Source of the DNA: Mobula hypostoma
Taxonomy: Eukaryota
Assembly (NCBI RefSeq): GCF_963921235.1
Contig: NC_086097.1
Location: 25,980,001 to 26,044,000, forward strand
Reading direction: 5' to 3'
DNA: 64,000 nucleotides
The notes beneath the pieces are model-generated. The model saw only the letters and a program-made list of their open reading frames with translations. It had not been told where the DNA came from and searched no databases. Position 1 is the stretch's first letter; the number at the start of each line of letters is the position of its first letter. This document shows positions 37,379-50,689 of this stretch, piece by piece. The translations under genes and the position numbers were made by a program.

Positions 37379-37581
37379 CTGATAATTGTAGTGTGCTTTG
37401 TAAACAACCCACTTTCTCACATCTGTCTTGTCAGCTACTGTGATCGACCTAACTGTGGTTTTTGATGCTGACGTACATGGCATGTCATATTCCACATCCA
37501 CATAGTGGACAAAACTAGCGGGCACTTCCCGATCAGATCCTAGTTCAAGGTGGCAGTAAAAGGAATGTGGATGTCCTGAAG
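37379..37581 (-). CDS. STON2: Stonin-2 penultimate coding exon (end of mu-homology domain)
   Basis: Manual translation: (A)SGHPHSFYCHLELGSDREVPASFVHYVDVEYDMPCTSASKTTVRSITVADKTDVRKWVVYKAHYNYQ. Acceptor tttttacag| and donor |gtaagc. Length 203 nt, phase 1-0, in frame with the previous exon. Not in the ORF track. Confidence 0.95.
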
Positions 37582-37779
37582 CTGTAAAAACAGTATTTTA
37601 TATTTTATTAGCATACAGAGTGTGACAAAGTTGGAAGTGTTTTTACAAGTGCATCAATGATCTTTGTTGAACAACATTTAAAGAAATTAATACTGAAGAA
37701 CCAGAAAAACTAGTTTTTCTATTGCATGGGAGATTCACATAATAAAATTTGATTACCTGAACAGAATAGACAGACTGGC

Positions 37780-38090
37780 TTCATTTGTCACAGTTACATC
37801 GAAACATGAATAATGAAATGGGTCATTTGTGTCAATGACCAAAAAAGTCTGAGGATGTGCTGTGGGCAGCCCGCAAGTGTTGCCATGTTTCTGGCTCCTA
37901 CATTGCATGCTAACAATTTACTAATTAACTAATTCATACGTCTTTGAAATGTGGGAGGAAACTGGACCACCCAGAAGATATCACAGTCCCAAGGAGAAGG
38001 TACTAACTCTGTACAGATAGCATTAGGAATTGACCACTGATTACTGGTGCTATAAAGGGTTATGTTTACCACTATGATACCGTGATGCAC
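37780..38090 (-). mobile_element. V-SINE-like element
   Basis: Reverse complement of the V-domain: gtctttgaaatgtgggaggaaactgga. Confidence 0.6.
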
Positions 38091-38129
38091 CCATATCTGC
38101 TGAGGAACTTGATCAACTACAAAAGTTAT

Positions 38130-39537
38130 TTATCAGGATGCTGCTTGGATTTGAAAGCAAGTCTTATAAGAGTAAGTTGAGCGAGCAAGGTCTTTTCTCT
38201 CTGGAACAAAGGAGGATGAGAGGTGGCTTGATAAACGAATACAAGATTCTAAGAGGCACATGTAGAGCGAACAGCCAGAGACCTTTTTCCCAGGGCAGAA
38301 ATAGCTTATACAAGAGGGCATCATTGGGAGGGATATCAGAAGTTTGTTTTTAAAACACAGAGACTGGTGTGTGTGAAGAAGGCACTGTCAAGGGTGCTGG
38401 TAGAGGCGGACAGACAAAGGAGAGTCACTGCATGTTGTTTACTTGGATTTTCAGAAGGCCTTTGACAAGGTGCCACAAATAAGGCTGCTTAACAAGGTAA
38501 AAGCCCATGATATTATAGGAAAGATATTAACATGGATAGAAGATTGACTGACTGGCAGGAGGGGAAGATTGGGAATTATGGGGGCCTTTTCTAGTTGGCT
38601 ATCAGTGACTAGTGGTGTTCCACAGGGACCTCTTTGTTTCACATTATATGTCAATGATTCAGATGACAGAATTCATGGCATTAGGGTTAAGTTTGCGGAC
38701 AATACGAAGGAAGGTGGAAGGACAGGTAGTGTTCAGGAAGTAAGGAGTCTGCAGAAAGACTTCAACATATTGGGAGAATTGTCAAAGAAGTGGCAGATGG
38801 AATATAATGTGGGGAAGTGTATGGTCATGCACTTTGGAAGAAGGAATAAGGGCAGAGACTAACCCAAAACATTGACTGTACTCTTTTCCATAGATGCTGC
38901 CTGGCCTGCTGAGTTCCTCCAGTATTTTGTGTGTGTTGCCAGAAAATTCAGGATTTAGATGTGCAAAGGAACTTGTGAGTCCTTGTGCAGGATTCCTTAC
39001 AGGTTAACTTGCAGGTTGAGTCAATGGTAAGAAAGGCATCGGTCAGACCTCACTTGGAACACTTAGAATTTTGGATCCCTTAGCTAAGAAAAGATGTGCC
39101 AGCATTGAAGGAGATCCAGAGGAGATTCACATGAATGATTCTGGAATAACATGAGACTCTGGGCCTGTACTTGCTAGACTTCATTGAAACCTTTTGAATA
39201 TTGAAAGGCCTAGATAAAGTGGATGTGGAGAGGATGTTTCCTACAGTGGGTTAGTCTAGGAACAGAGGGTACAGCCTCACAGTAGAGGAATGTCCACTTA
39301 AAACAGAGATGAGAAGGAATTTCTTTAGCCAAAGGGTAGTGAATCTGCGGAATTCATTGCCACAGATGGCCATGGAGGCCAAGTCACTGAGTATATTTAA
39401 AGCAAAGTTTTTGATTAATCAGGGCATCAAACGTTACAGGGAGAAAGTAGGAGAATGGGCTTGAGAGGGATAATAAATCAGCAATGATAGAATGGCATAA
39501 CAGACATGATGGGCTGACTGGCCTAATCCTGCTCCTA
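38130..39537 (+). mobile_element. CR1 fragments (RT to tail), with a Penelope terminus inserted at ~38860-38940
   Basis: YLDFQKAFDKVP, SGVPQG and KFADNTK (ORF 38569..38862). Confidence 0.85.
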
Positions 39538-39749
39538 CAGTAATGTGCAAAAGTCTTGGGCACATACATATAGCTAGGGAACCCAAGACTTGCATAGTTC
39601 TGTAATAGTTTTATGTATTGCACTGCACTGCTGCCACAAAATAAAGCAGATTTCATGACATACGTGAGTGATGATCAACCTGATTCTGATATGGGTCGCA
39701 TGTGCTCTCTCTCTCATTCATTCATTCCTTAGACTTTTGCACAGTACTG
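39538..39749. mobile_element. Tc1/mariner-type MITE inserted at TA in a CR1 tail
   Basis: TIRs cagtaatgtgcaaaagtct / agacttttgcacagtactg, flanked by TA and CA. Confidence 0.7.
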
Positions 39750-41484
39750 CATATCTTATGGATACATTAAGGAGATTAAGGGGTAAGCAGATGAAAGAAA
39801 CATGGAGAGTTATGTGGGAGAGAAGCATTAAATTGATCTAGGGAGTTGGTTAAAAGGTCAGCATGACACTGTGGGCTGAAGGACCTGTACCGTGCTGTAG
39901 TTTTCCATATCCCATGTTTATCATGGACAGGCAAAAGACTGCAGATGCTGGAAACTGGGCAAAAGGAATGAGGAGGAGAGTGGTACAGAATTGGAGGGTT
40001 CAAAGGGGAAGAAGGTAATGAGAAAGTGAACAAAAATGGGAAGCCAGTGATGAATTGGAAGGAAAGCCAGGAGATGAAGGGTATCTAAAAACTGGAAATT
40101 CAGTATTCATAATGTGTTGTAGCCTACCAGAACTGAATACAAGATGTTGTTCCTCTAGATTGCATTGCCATTTTTGTTCCCTTTCCTATACCCCCTCCCC
40201 CCACCTCAGTCTTCAAGTTCATCTTCCCCTGTATGGTCTATCTGTTTGTTTGTGTCCTTGTCTGCTTCCACATATCATTCTCTGCCTCAAAACTTCATCC
40301 CTCATCCTTGCCCACCAGCTCCACCTATCTGTTCCTTCAACCCTCTTTGGTCCAGAAATCACCTCTGGACCCTCTCTCAACCCTCTTTATAGAGGCCATC
40401 TTCCCTCTCCATTCTAAGCACTGATGCAGAGCCTGAAAAAGAAATGTCAGCAATTCCTTCCCACATTCCATCCCCATAAGATCTTGCTCGAACCATTGTT
40501 GTTCTCTCCATTTTTTTTGCTATGAAATTTATAAGATTGTTGATAAAATTCTAGATTTCATCTCAAGGAGATAAAGAATATAATGGTAAAGAAGTTCAGA
40601 CAGGCCAAATTAAAACCTTGATTAATATGCAAAATGGAATGTTGGGATCAAAATAAAGGAAAAAAGTTGAGCATTTATAGAGCACATTGTACAATACTAC
40701 CTGCTATGAGGAAATACAAATTCAATTACATGTTAAACTGGACCTCCTGGCATTAGATCACAATGTGTTATCATGTATTATGACGCAAGTATTTCAAACT
40801 ATGTAAAAATGAGATAGGGTGGATGGAAGCAGACAATAGCTGGGGATTGAAAAGAGTAAAGAATCAAAAACAAAGACAAAAACAGAGCAAAAAAGAAACT
40901 GCTGTAATGTCAAAGAATATCAACAAGATTAGATAGATGAAGGAAAAGAGTCTGAACACACAGGAGATTGCACTTGCTGGAATCTGGAGCAAAAATCAAA
41001 CTTCTGCAGGAACTCAGTAGATCAAGCAGCAGCCAGAGTTGAAAGGAATTGCTGACACTTTGGGTTGAGACCCTTTATCAGGAAGGAAAGGAGGCTAAAG
41101 GTCTATAATAATATTATGGATGCTTGTGAGCAAATAACAAAACACATATTGAATAAACATTACTGATTAGATGTTTTGTGTATTTCTATGTAGTACATAG
41201 AGTGCCTACACAAAAATTGTTTCAATAACTCATATTCTCAGAGTTCATTTGCAGAGTTTGTCTTTTGTACATTGGTAGTTTGTCAGTCTTAGTTTATGTA
41301 TAGTTTTTAATAAATTCATCTGTATTTCATTATTTTCCTGTAAACTGCAAAAAAGCACATGGTAACATATGTGAACTTTGTTTTAAAAAGTACTTCGACT
41401 TTGACTACTGTAGGAACCCACTAAATTTAAAAGGAGTACAGAAAATGAGGTCGAGTCAGTTTAAAGAGAGCACGTGAAGCCTAA

Positions 41485-42455
41485 GACCGCAAGACACAGG
41501 AGCAGAATTAGGCTATTTGGCCCATTGAGTCTGCTCTGCCATTCCATCATGGCTGATTTATTATCCCTCTCAACCCCGTTCTCCTACCTTCTCCCCACAT
41601 CTTTTGATGCCTTAACATAGTCGGCACTGGAGGTCATTCCTGCCTGTGGCCATCGAATGTGCAGCTTCTCCCACGGAGGGTCAGACACCCTGAGCCAATA
41701 GACTGGTCCTGGACTTATTTTCCATCTGGCATAGTTTGAATTTTGGTGTTTGATTGTTGGTTTTTTTTTGTATTGCTATATTTACACTCTATTCTTGGTT
41801 GGTGCGGCTGTACCGAAACCAAGTTTCCCTCGGGATTAATAGAGTATATCTATCTATCTTTCTAATCAAGAACCTATCAACATCCGCTTTAAATATACCA
41901 AATGACTTGGCCTCCATAGCAGACTGTAGCAGTGAATTCCACAGATTCACCACTCTCCGGCTAAAGAAATCCCTCCTCATCTTGGTTCTAATGGGAAGTA
42001 CTTGTATTCTAAGGCTGTGCCTTCAGGTCCTAGAACTGCCCCACAACAAGAAATGATCTAGGCCTTTCAATATTCAATCAGTTTCAGTGAGATTCCCTTC
42101 TCTTTTTTCCTAATCTCCAGTGAGAACAAGCCCAGAGCCATCAAACACTCCTCACACATTAACCATTTCATTCCTGGGATAATTGTCGTGAACCTCCTTT
42201 GGACCCACTTCAATACCAGCACAACTTTCTTAGATGAATGGTCTAAAACTGCTCACAATGCTGTCTGACCAATGCCTTATAAAGCCTCAGCATCACATCC
42301 TTACTTTCATATTCTAGTTCTTTTGAATGGTAACATTGCAATTGCCTTCCTTCCCACTGACTCAACTTGCAAGTTAACCTTTAGTGAATCCTGCATGAGG
42401 ACTCCCAAGTCCTTTGCACCTCTGATTGTTGAATTTGCTTCCTGTTTAGAAAATA
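41485..42455 (-). mobile_element. CR1 3' part with a nested Rex1-type tail (~41615-41860)
   Basis: MRRDFFSRRVVNLWNSL (ORF 41789..41980). Confidence 0.8.
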
Positions 42456-42789
42456 GTCTGTGCAGGACCCCGGGAGTCCAGGAATCAGGAAAACACTGTA
42501 CTGTGCTGCTGCCATTAAAATTTCACACCTTACTTCAGTGATAATAAACCTGATTCTGAAAGATAGTGCGGGAACCAGGAACACACTGTGTGTGAAAGGG
42601 AGTGTGGGAACCAGGGCCCTGTTGTTGAGAGGGCAGGAATCACGCATGAATGCAGTGTGGTAAGCTACTATCAACACCAAAAGTTTGAAATAAAGCAACA
42701 AATTATTTCAGGCAATGGTTCACATATCAATGAAATTAAAATAGTTAACATGTGAATAATTAACAAAAAAGGTTCCACTGCACATGATC

Positions 42790-45335
42790 AAAAAAGCAGC
42801 AGGAGCTTGTAAAATCAACCAGCTCCATCACGAGTACTAGCTTCCCCACCCTCCAGGGCATCTTCAAAGGTGGTGCCTGAAGAAGGTGACATCCATTATG
42901 AAGGACCTTCACCACCCAGGACATGCCTTCTTCTCATTGCTACCATCAGGGAAGAAGTACAGCAGCCTGAAGATGTATACTCAACATTTTAGGAACAGCT
43001 TCTTCCCCTCTGCCATCAGATTTCTGAATGGTCTATGAACCCATGAGCACTACCTCACTATTTGGCTTTCTTTTTGCACCATTTATTTTTCAAAATATTT
43101 TCTTATTGTAACTGATTTTTTTTTACATATTGCACTGCACTTCTGCCACAAAACAAAAAATTTCATGACAAACGTCAGTGATAATTAAACCTGAAAAAGA
43201 ACTCTGTCTGTCAAAACGGTTGCTAAACAGAGCATCAATCACCTGACATGTTTATGAGGCAACAGGTGATGGTCGAAGGGATATTTTTGCAATGGAAGTC
43301 CGTAACTAGTGTACTGCAGGGATTGGTGCTAGGACTTCCACTGCTTGCTCTATATATTAATGATCTGCATGTGAAGATTGGGAGAATCCTCATCTTTGGC
43401 ATCAAGTGGGCAAAGGCAGCCTCAGCACAAAAATTTAGAAATCTCTGTCCAATCATGACCCCCGGATTATACTGCTGGGTTTCAAGGGCATTACAGACTA
43501 TGCAATGAAAACAGCATTGACTGCACCTGTGAAGCCTCCCTCTCTGATAAGGACTCTGCAGAGAGTCAACCCCCGTAAGCCTGCCAAGCTAGACAACATC
43601 CAAGGCCAAGTACTCAGTGAGTGTACACACCAGCTGACTGTCATCTTCACAGACATCTTCAACAATTCACTCATCCAAGCTTATGTCACCACATGCTTCA
43701 AATCAGCAAACATCAACCCTACACCAAAGAGCAGCTTCAGAACTAAACAATTACCACCTGGTGTCCATGATGCCAATCATCTTGAAGTACTTTGAATGGC
43801 TGTTAATGGCACATGTCAAAAACTCCAAAACTGCCACATCAGACACTCACCAACATGCTAACTTATGATATCTTTCTATGACAGATGCCAAGGCATCTAT
43901 CATGCACTGGCCCTGACTCACCTAGAAAACAAGAACACTTATGTCAGAACGCTGTTTCTGGATTTCAGTTCAGCATTCAACACTATTGTCCTACAGACCT
44001 TGGTGAACGAACTCCTGCTCCTCGTTCTATTCGGATATACTACTGCTATGCTCCTGGTAGGGTCGCCCATGGCAGTAAGGTCTAGGGTGAGGTCCCTGAC
44101 AAAGAACAATACAATTAAGACCTCAACGGTGGAACAGGCGGACGAAATTACTTCGAACTCAAAGGCTGTGAAGGCGGATGAAGGCTGCAACAAATCCATC
44201 AGCTCCAATTGTCATGGTTTCATACCACTGGAATCAGTTGGTTGACTTGTGAAGTATCATGTGCTTCTTGGAGTGCAACATCAAGTACGTGTTAGACAAA
44301 TGTTAAACAAATACACGCACAGGTGTCTTCGCTCTGTGGGCCACTTCTTCAGAATGAAGACCATCATCCTCAACCTCGAGGGATAGCCACGACGATTACC
44401 ACTGCACAACTGGGTGCTGGACTTCCTAACCAACAGACCTCAGGTAGTCAGGATGCACAACCACTCCTCCCTCCTCATCATCCTCATTACAGAAGCCTCC
44501 AAGGGCTGTGAGCTGAGCCCATTGCTGTACACTCTGCTGACATATGACTAAACACCCTAGCAATCACATCAACAAGTTTGCTGATGTTATGACAGTGGTG
44601 GGGCTCATCAGCAACAATGATGAGGCAGCCTACAGAGAGGAGGTGGAAGAGCTCAAGGCCTGGTGCTAGGCAAATAACCTCTTCCTTAATGTCAACAAGA
44701 CAAAGTTTCAAACTCCTCATGTGCACATCACACATAATCTCTCATGATCCCAGAACATATCCTTCACAGTCAAGAAAGCTCATCAATACCTCTACTTTCT
44801 GATGAGGCTGAAGAGAGCTGGACTTTGTACATCTATACTCACATCATTCCACAGATATGCATCCTAATAATTTGCATCACTGCTCAGTACAGAAACTGCA
44901 CTGCGATAGACAGGAAGGCTCTAAAACTGCCCAACATATCACACGCACCAGCCTACCTACCATCAAGGACATATATTGAAAGAGGTGCCAGAAAAAAGCC
45001 AGCCATATTTTGGAAGTTCCCATCCATCCTGCTTATGGATTGTTTGTCCCACTCCCATCATGGAGGAGGCTAGACAGCATCTATATCAGGACCACCAAAC
45101 TCAAAAACAGTTACTAGCCCCAAGCAGCAAGGCTGATCCCCTCTACCCAATAACTTCACCACTACTTTATTATTTCCTGCGTCTCCTTACATACAACCTA
45201 TTGTCATTTTGTGAATACACAATAAGCTATCTTATGTATTAATATTTATTGTGTTTTTTTATGCCATATTGGATCCGGAGTATTTCGTTCTCCTTTACAT
45301 TTGTGTACAGGAAATTACATTAAATAATCTTGAAT
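42790..45335 (+). mobile_element. Rex1-type LINE pieces (42790-43195; 43520-45335)
   Basis: LQRVNPRKPAKLDNI, HLENKNTYVRTLFLDFSSAFNTIV and KFADVMTVVG. Confidence 0.85.
44040..44397 (+). mobile_element. RTE (Rex3/Expander)-like 5'UTR-derived insert within the Rex1 element
   Basis: ctggtagggtcgcccatggcagtaaggtctagggtgagg..gacaaagaac resembles the Expander 5' UTR as I recall it. A related degenerate copy lies at ~54605-54860. Confidence 0.45.
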
Positions 45336-46804
45336 GGAGAATGGAGAAAATATGATTAGTTAAGCTTGTAGCTGGCACAAAAGTTGGTGTCATTGTTGAT
45401 AAAGCATAGGACAGTCTTCAGTGATACAAAAATATTTACGAGTTGATAACCATAAGAGGTTCTGCAGATGCTAGAAATCCAAAGTAACAATATGGTGGAG
45501 GAACACATGAGTCAGGCAACATCTATGGAAGAGAATAAAGAGTCAACACTTCGGGCCGAACCCCTTTCAGTCCTAATGAAGGGTCTTCATTTAAAATAGA
45601 GACCCTTTATTCCTCTCCATAGATGCTGTTTGACCTGATGAGCTCCTGTGGAAATTTAATTGAGTTTTACTGCTAAAATACATCAGGATGTTGCCTGGGA
45701 TGGAGCACTTCAAGCTTTGAGAAACTGGTTTGGTTGGATTCGATTGCCTTGGAACAGAGAAGGCTGAAGGGAGATTATGAAAAACATGCCAGGGCAGAGC
45801 TGGTGTAAAACTGAGGGGAAAAAATCCCCTCAGCAGTATAAAATAGGGCATACTCTTAGAGTAAATAGCAAGTTATTTAGTGAGGATGAAAAAATTTTCA
45901 CCTGTAGTTATTGAAATCTGTTTGAAGGTGGTTGTTGTTAGAAATTCTCAATATATTAGATGAGAACCCAAAATACCATTATATAGAAAGCCACATGTTG
46001 ATGTTGGAAAATGGGATTAGTACATCTGGGTACATGGTGGTTAGCACAGACTATGGGCTGAAGAGTCATACAGACTGACAATTCCAAGAGCCAGAACAAC
46101 ATACATTAATGTTACAAAATGGCAAAGTAGAAAGTCTGTTCCCATGCTGATTTTTTTCATTTTCTTACTAATAACAGAGGTTGTCATGTCTTTCATAATT
46201 GCAGGCAGAATTTAATTACAGTGGCGTGCATAATTGCCTTTATCCAGGAACACTGCAGTATGATTAATAGGGCAAAGCCTGGACATGTACTGTCGTTTCA
46301 ATCATTTGCAAGTTTTTGAAACAGCTCTTTCATCAGCTGCTTATAAACAAAATTCAAACTCCCTTGATGATTCAGTTATGATGAGGCACTGACCTAGACT
46401 ACAGAAGTGCAGGCATGATATTTTCATTGATTGATTTGTTTAGTGCAGGAGCAGAGGTGCCTTCAGGACAGGAGACTAATGGATTTAAATTAGGTTTTGA
46501 CAGAAATAGTTTCAAAAGAACTAATGCAATGCTTTTAAATCAACCAACTACTTAATAGAAGCAAATATGGTTTAAAATAAGTATTTCAATCCAAAGAATT
46601 TTATTTTAACAAAAATGGAGCAACTGGAGTTTTACTTCCATGTACTATATTGCATTTTTTTTTATATTTTAAGATAAAAGTGCCTTTGAAATCTTTAGGA
46701 TGTTTTAAAATGCTCTTTGAAAAGCAATCATTGTTGACCTGGAGGTAAAAACAATTATTAAATCGCGCACAGAAAAGTCCCACAAACTGTAATAAGATAA
46801 ACAG

Positions 46805-46955
46805 CAAACATAAGGAAATCTGCAGATGCTGGAAATTCAAGTAACACACACAAAATGCTGGTGGAATGCAGAAGGCCAGGCAGCATCTATAGGAAGAGGT
46901 GCAGTCATCGTTTCGGGCCGAAACCCTTCGTCAGGACTAACTGAAAGAACAGATA
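46805..46955 (-). mobile_element. Penelope terminal repeat with hammerhead motif (46902-46939; cleavage triplet mutated)
   Basis: TAGTC CTGACGA A GGGT TTCG GCCC GAAA CG AT GACTG. Confidence 0.8.
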
Positions 46956-46959
46956 GTAC

Positions 46960-47435
46960 TATCTCTTGCAGAGGGTGCACAGGAGATTTACAAGGATAAT
47001 GCCTAGATTGGGGAGCATGCCCTATGAGAATAGGTTGAGTGAACTCGGCCTTCTCTCTTTGGAGCGATGGAGGATGAGAGAGGTGTACAAGATGATGAGA
47101 GGCATTGATTGTGTGGATAGTCAGAGGCTTTTTCCCAGGGCTGAAATGGCTAGTACGAGAGGGCACAGTTTTAAGGTGCTTGGAAGTAAGTACAGAGGAG
47201 ATGTCAGGGGTAAGTTTTTTTTACACAGAGAATAGTGAGTGTGTGGAATGGGCTGCCGGTGATGGTGGTGGAGGCGGATACGATAGGGTCTTTTAAGAGA
47301 CTCCTGGATAGATACATCGAGCTTAGAAAAACAGAGGGCTATGGGTAACCCTAGGTAATCGCTAAGGTAAGGACATGTTCGGCACAGTTTTGTAGGCCAA
47401 AGAGCCTATTGCTGTAGGTTTACTATGTTTGTACT
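46960..47435 (+). mobile_element. CR1 3' fragment
   Basis: ORF 46966..47235: RRFTRIMPRL..YENRLSELGLLSLE. Confidence 0.85.
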
Positions 47436-47644
47436 CAGGTTAAGCTCTCTTGCTAACACCATTGGGAAGAAAGTACAGAAGCCTTCGGTCCAACACCACC
47501 AGCTTCAGGAACGGTTATTACCCTACAACCATCAGGCTCCTGAATCAATATGAACAATGTCGCTCACAACTGATTCCATAACCTACATACTCACTATCAA
47601 AGATTCTACAACATATGTCCTCAGCGTTATTGTCATTTTTTAAC

Positions 47645-48385
47645 TTGCATGGACTGTAGCTTTGCAAAGAGGGTGTGGAGAAAGATGCAAGGGCTTGTGT
47701 CAAGGTTCATTCCATGCAGTTGTAGGACAGATCTACAATTCTGACAGAGGACTCTGATCTATGAAAAAGAGAAAATCTCCAGATTCTGGAAATCCAAGCA
47801 ACACACGCAAAATGCTGGAGGAAGTCAGCAGGCCAGACAGCAGGACCTGATGAAGGGTCTCAGCCTGAAAGGTCAACTGTTTTCTCTTTTCTATAGATGC
47901 TGCCAGCCCTATCGAGTTCCTTCAGCATTTTGTGTGTGCTACTCTGATCTACAGGTTGTTCCCAGGTACACACACAGAGGGAAACATCAAGCGGTGCTGG
48001 CAGACCATCAACTCAGTGAAAGACGCTCTTTGGTCTGCCTAATACATGTTGGTGTGCCGGTACATCGAGATGTCTGTGGAGGAATACTGCCGAGAGGGTG
48101 CAGGTCTACATGCTCAGGGACGCACTGAAACTTGGTGTAGTTGCCACAAAGGTTCAGTGGGAGAAGACCACAGTTTTGGGTTCTTCTGCTACTCGAGATG
48201 AAGAGGCCGGACTGGATGAGGAAGCCCCTCAGGTACTGTAGTGGTATAGGACCCCAGAGTGCCAAATAAGTGTTATTGATGTTAATGAATGTAATACTTT
48301 GCCTATGAATGTAAATAATGAAAAGGCTTTGAACAGTTTATTCTTGTACATTCATTTTTTATTATGTATAAAGTTAATTTTATTT
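47645..48385 (+). mobile_element. L1/Tx1-clade LINE 3' end
   Basis: Degenerate VWRKMQ..LIY.LFPGTHTE..CWQTINSVKDALWSA...YMLRDALKLG. Confidence 0.6.
47762..47940. mobile_element. 179-bp palindromic Penelope-terminus mini-element with 11-bp TSD
   Basis: TSD actctgatcta (47751-47761 / 47941-47951). Inverted arms acacacgcaaaatgctgga / ttcagcattttgtgtgt. CTGATGA..GAAA at 47847-47870. Confidence 0.85.
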
Positions 48386-49334
48386 AAAGTAATTGTTTCT
48401 GCACGTTGCATGTTTTGTCTTTGTTTATATGTATAATAAAAATAAATTCATTGTATTTTATTTTCCTGTAAGTGCCTGTAAATCAATGAATCTCAAGGTA
48501 GCATATGGTGACATATACCTATTTTGACAATAAATTTACTTTGACTAGGATTCTTTTTAAACTTACATCCACTACAGTGGACAATGCTACAGTCACAAAC
48601 TATCACATGAAGAAGATTCATTGATCTGAAGCATTCTGCTTCCTTTCCACTGTTGCTATTGATTTGCTGAGTACTTCCAGAATTCCTATTTTGTTATAGC
48701 ACTCTCTTACAGTGGTTTAGTTTGATATCTCATCTGAAAGGCAACACTTTTACAGTACAGCACTGTGTCTCAGTACTGTGCTTTAAGTGTTTGCCTATCT
48801 GCTCAAATCACTGCAGTGAATGAAGCACAAATCCCAATCAGAATGTTACATCAATAGTACTATATTCTTTCAAGTAGCTTCACACAGTGCATGTGGGAAA
48901 GTTTCACCATGAAATATTTCATCCTTTTTTTGAACATGACAGAAAGCAGAAGTTAGTTATTTGTTAGTTTCTGATGGCTAAGCCTATAACCTGCTATAGC
49001 AAAGAGCTAACATATGTTATTGCAAAATAAAGATTGGAATTTATCTAGTACAATTAGATGGCTGTTAATTGTTCTGTATCTTCAATGTTAGTTTGATTAT
49101 TATTGGCGAAGCAATTGCCTTACTTTTGCAGATAGCCTACTTAAACATGATCATCAACTTCAGCAAGATAGTGCAAAAGGCAATTATTCTGGGCATTTCA
49201 TGTTAGTTACAATTGTTGATACAGGGTCAAGAGAGAAATTAAAGTAGTTCCAATACCTATGTACATCTCCATATACAGTTAGGAATTAAAATATTTAAAT
49301 TTATTTACAATTGATTTATTTATAATTATTTACA

Positions 49335-49715
49335 ATTGTGGTGTCTCAGAAAGGCAGTGTCCGTTATTAAGGACCTCCAGCACCCAGGGCATGCCCTTTT
49401 CTCACTGTTGCCATCAGGTAGGAGATACAGAAGCCTGAAGGCACACACTCAGCGATTCAGGAACAGCTTCTTCCCCTCTGCCATCCAATTCCGAAATGGA
49501 CACTGAACCCTTGAACACTACCTCACTTTTTAAATATATATTATTTCTGTTTTTGCATGATTTTTAATCTATTCATTATACGTACACTATAATTGATCTA
49601 CTTATTTATTATTATTTTTTTCTTCTTCTTCTATATTATGTATTGTATTGAACTGCTGCTGCTAAGTTAACAAATTTCACGACACATGCCGGTGATAATA
49701 AACCTGATTCTGAAT
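49335..49715 (+). mobile_element. Young Rex1-type 3' end
   Basis: IKDLQHPGHALFSLLPSGRRYRSLKAHTQRFRNSFFPSAI and a gataataaacctgattctga tail. Confidence 0.9.
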
Positions 49716-50019
49716 TAAAAGTTGCAATAGTCAGGATACATTGTGTTAATCAGTTTTTTAAATAGCACAGCGTTCGCCTCTATATTATAGAAAAGAGATA
49801 AAGAGATGCACTCAAACATATAAATAAGATTTATGACATTTTTAGAAGGAAAGACTGAAAATGCATTTGCCCACAAAATACTGAGGTAACTCTTGTGAAT
49901 GTACTTGACTGGATAAAAATGAAAGAAATACGCAAAATAATTTGCGGACAATTACAAACCAGGGGACATAGTAGAAAAACTAGTAATAATTCCACGAAGG
50001 TATTCACAAAAGACAGCTG

Positions 50020-50160
50020 CAGAGGGCAAGGAGAAAGAGGGCAAGGGTGTGAAGGGGGTGTGTGTGTGTGAGCCAGAGGGGTTGGGGGGAGAGGGAGGGG
50101 GGGAAGAGGAGGTGTAGAGGGGAGGGGGTGAAGAGGGGGGAAGAGGGGAGAGAAGGGCAT
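50020..50160 (+). repeat. G/A-rich low-complexity tract
   Basis: Multiple G runs and a short (GT)n. Confidence 0.7.
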
Positions 50161-50689
50161 GTAAGTGAATGAATATGAATATTATTGCCACTATTAGCCT
50201 AACTGGTCTGCCTCACCGTTTGAAAGTTCTATATAATTCCATCACGTTCTTGATAAAACTAGAACATTACTTTGAGCTGACTTCAATACTTACTGCTGCT
50301 GTAGAGGAACATTTGTGTATAAACAGTTAAGATAAAGCTGTCAGCAAGGCCTTCAGAAGTGACATGGGAGTTTGGTGGTAATCTCATCACACATTCAGAG
50401 ATAATAAATTAGATGTCTGCTTACCCTGAATACCAAGGGCACACCAGATCTTAGGGAGAAAGACTTGTTTTAATCATTATAAAAACATCTGGTGAGACCT
50501 TCAGATGCAAGTCACATAGGAACAGAACAAAACAGAAGCAGGTGGTCGACAAAAAACAATCACTCAAGCCTGTTCTGTCATTGAATAGGATCACTCTCAG
50601 TCCATATCCCTTGAAGCCCTCGCAGCACCAATGTCTATCTCTGTAATGAATATATCACCTGCTTAGTGCTCTGTAGATGCCATTATCTA

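Noticed and set aside
49831..50191. Proline-rich ORFs, and similar ones at 1133..1408, 3464..3976 and 13517..13869
   Set aside because: Translations of low-complexity purine/pyrimidine tracts or Penelope terminal repeats.
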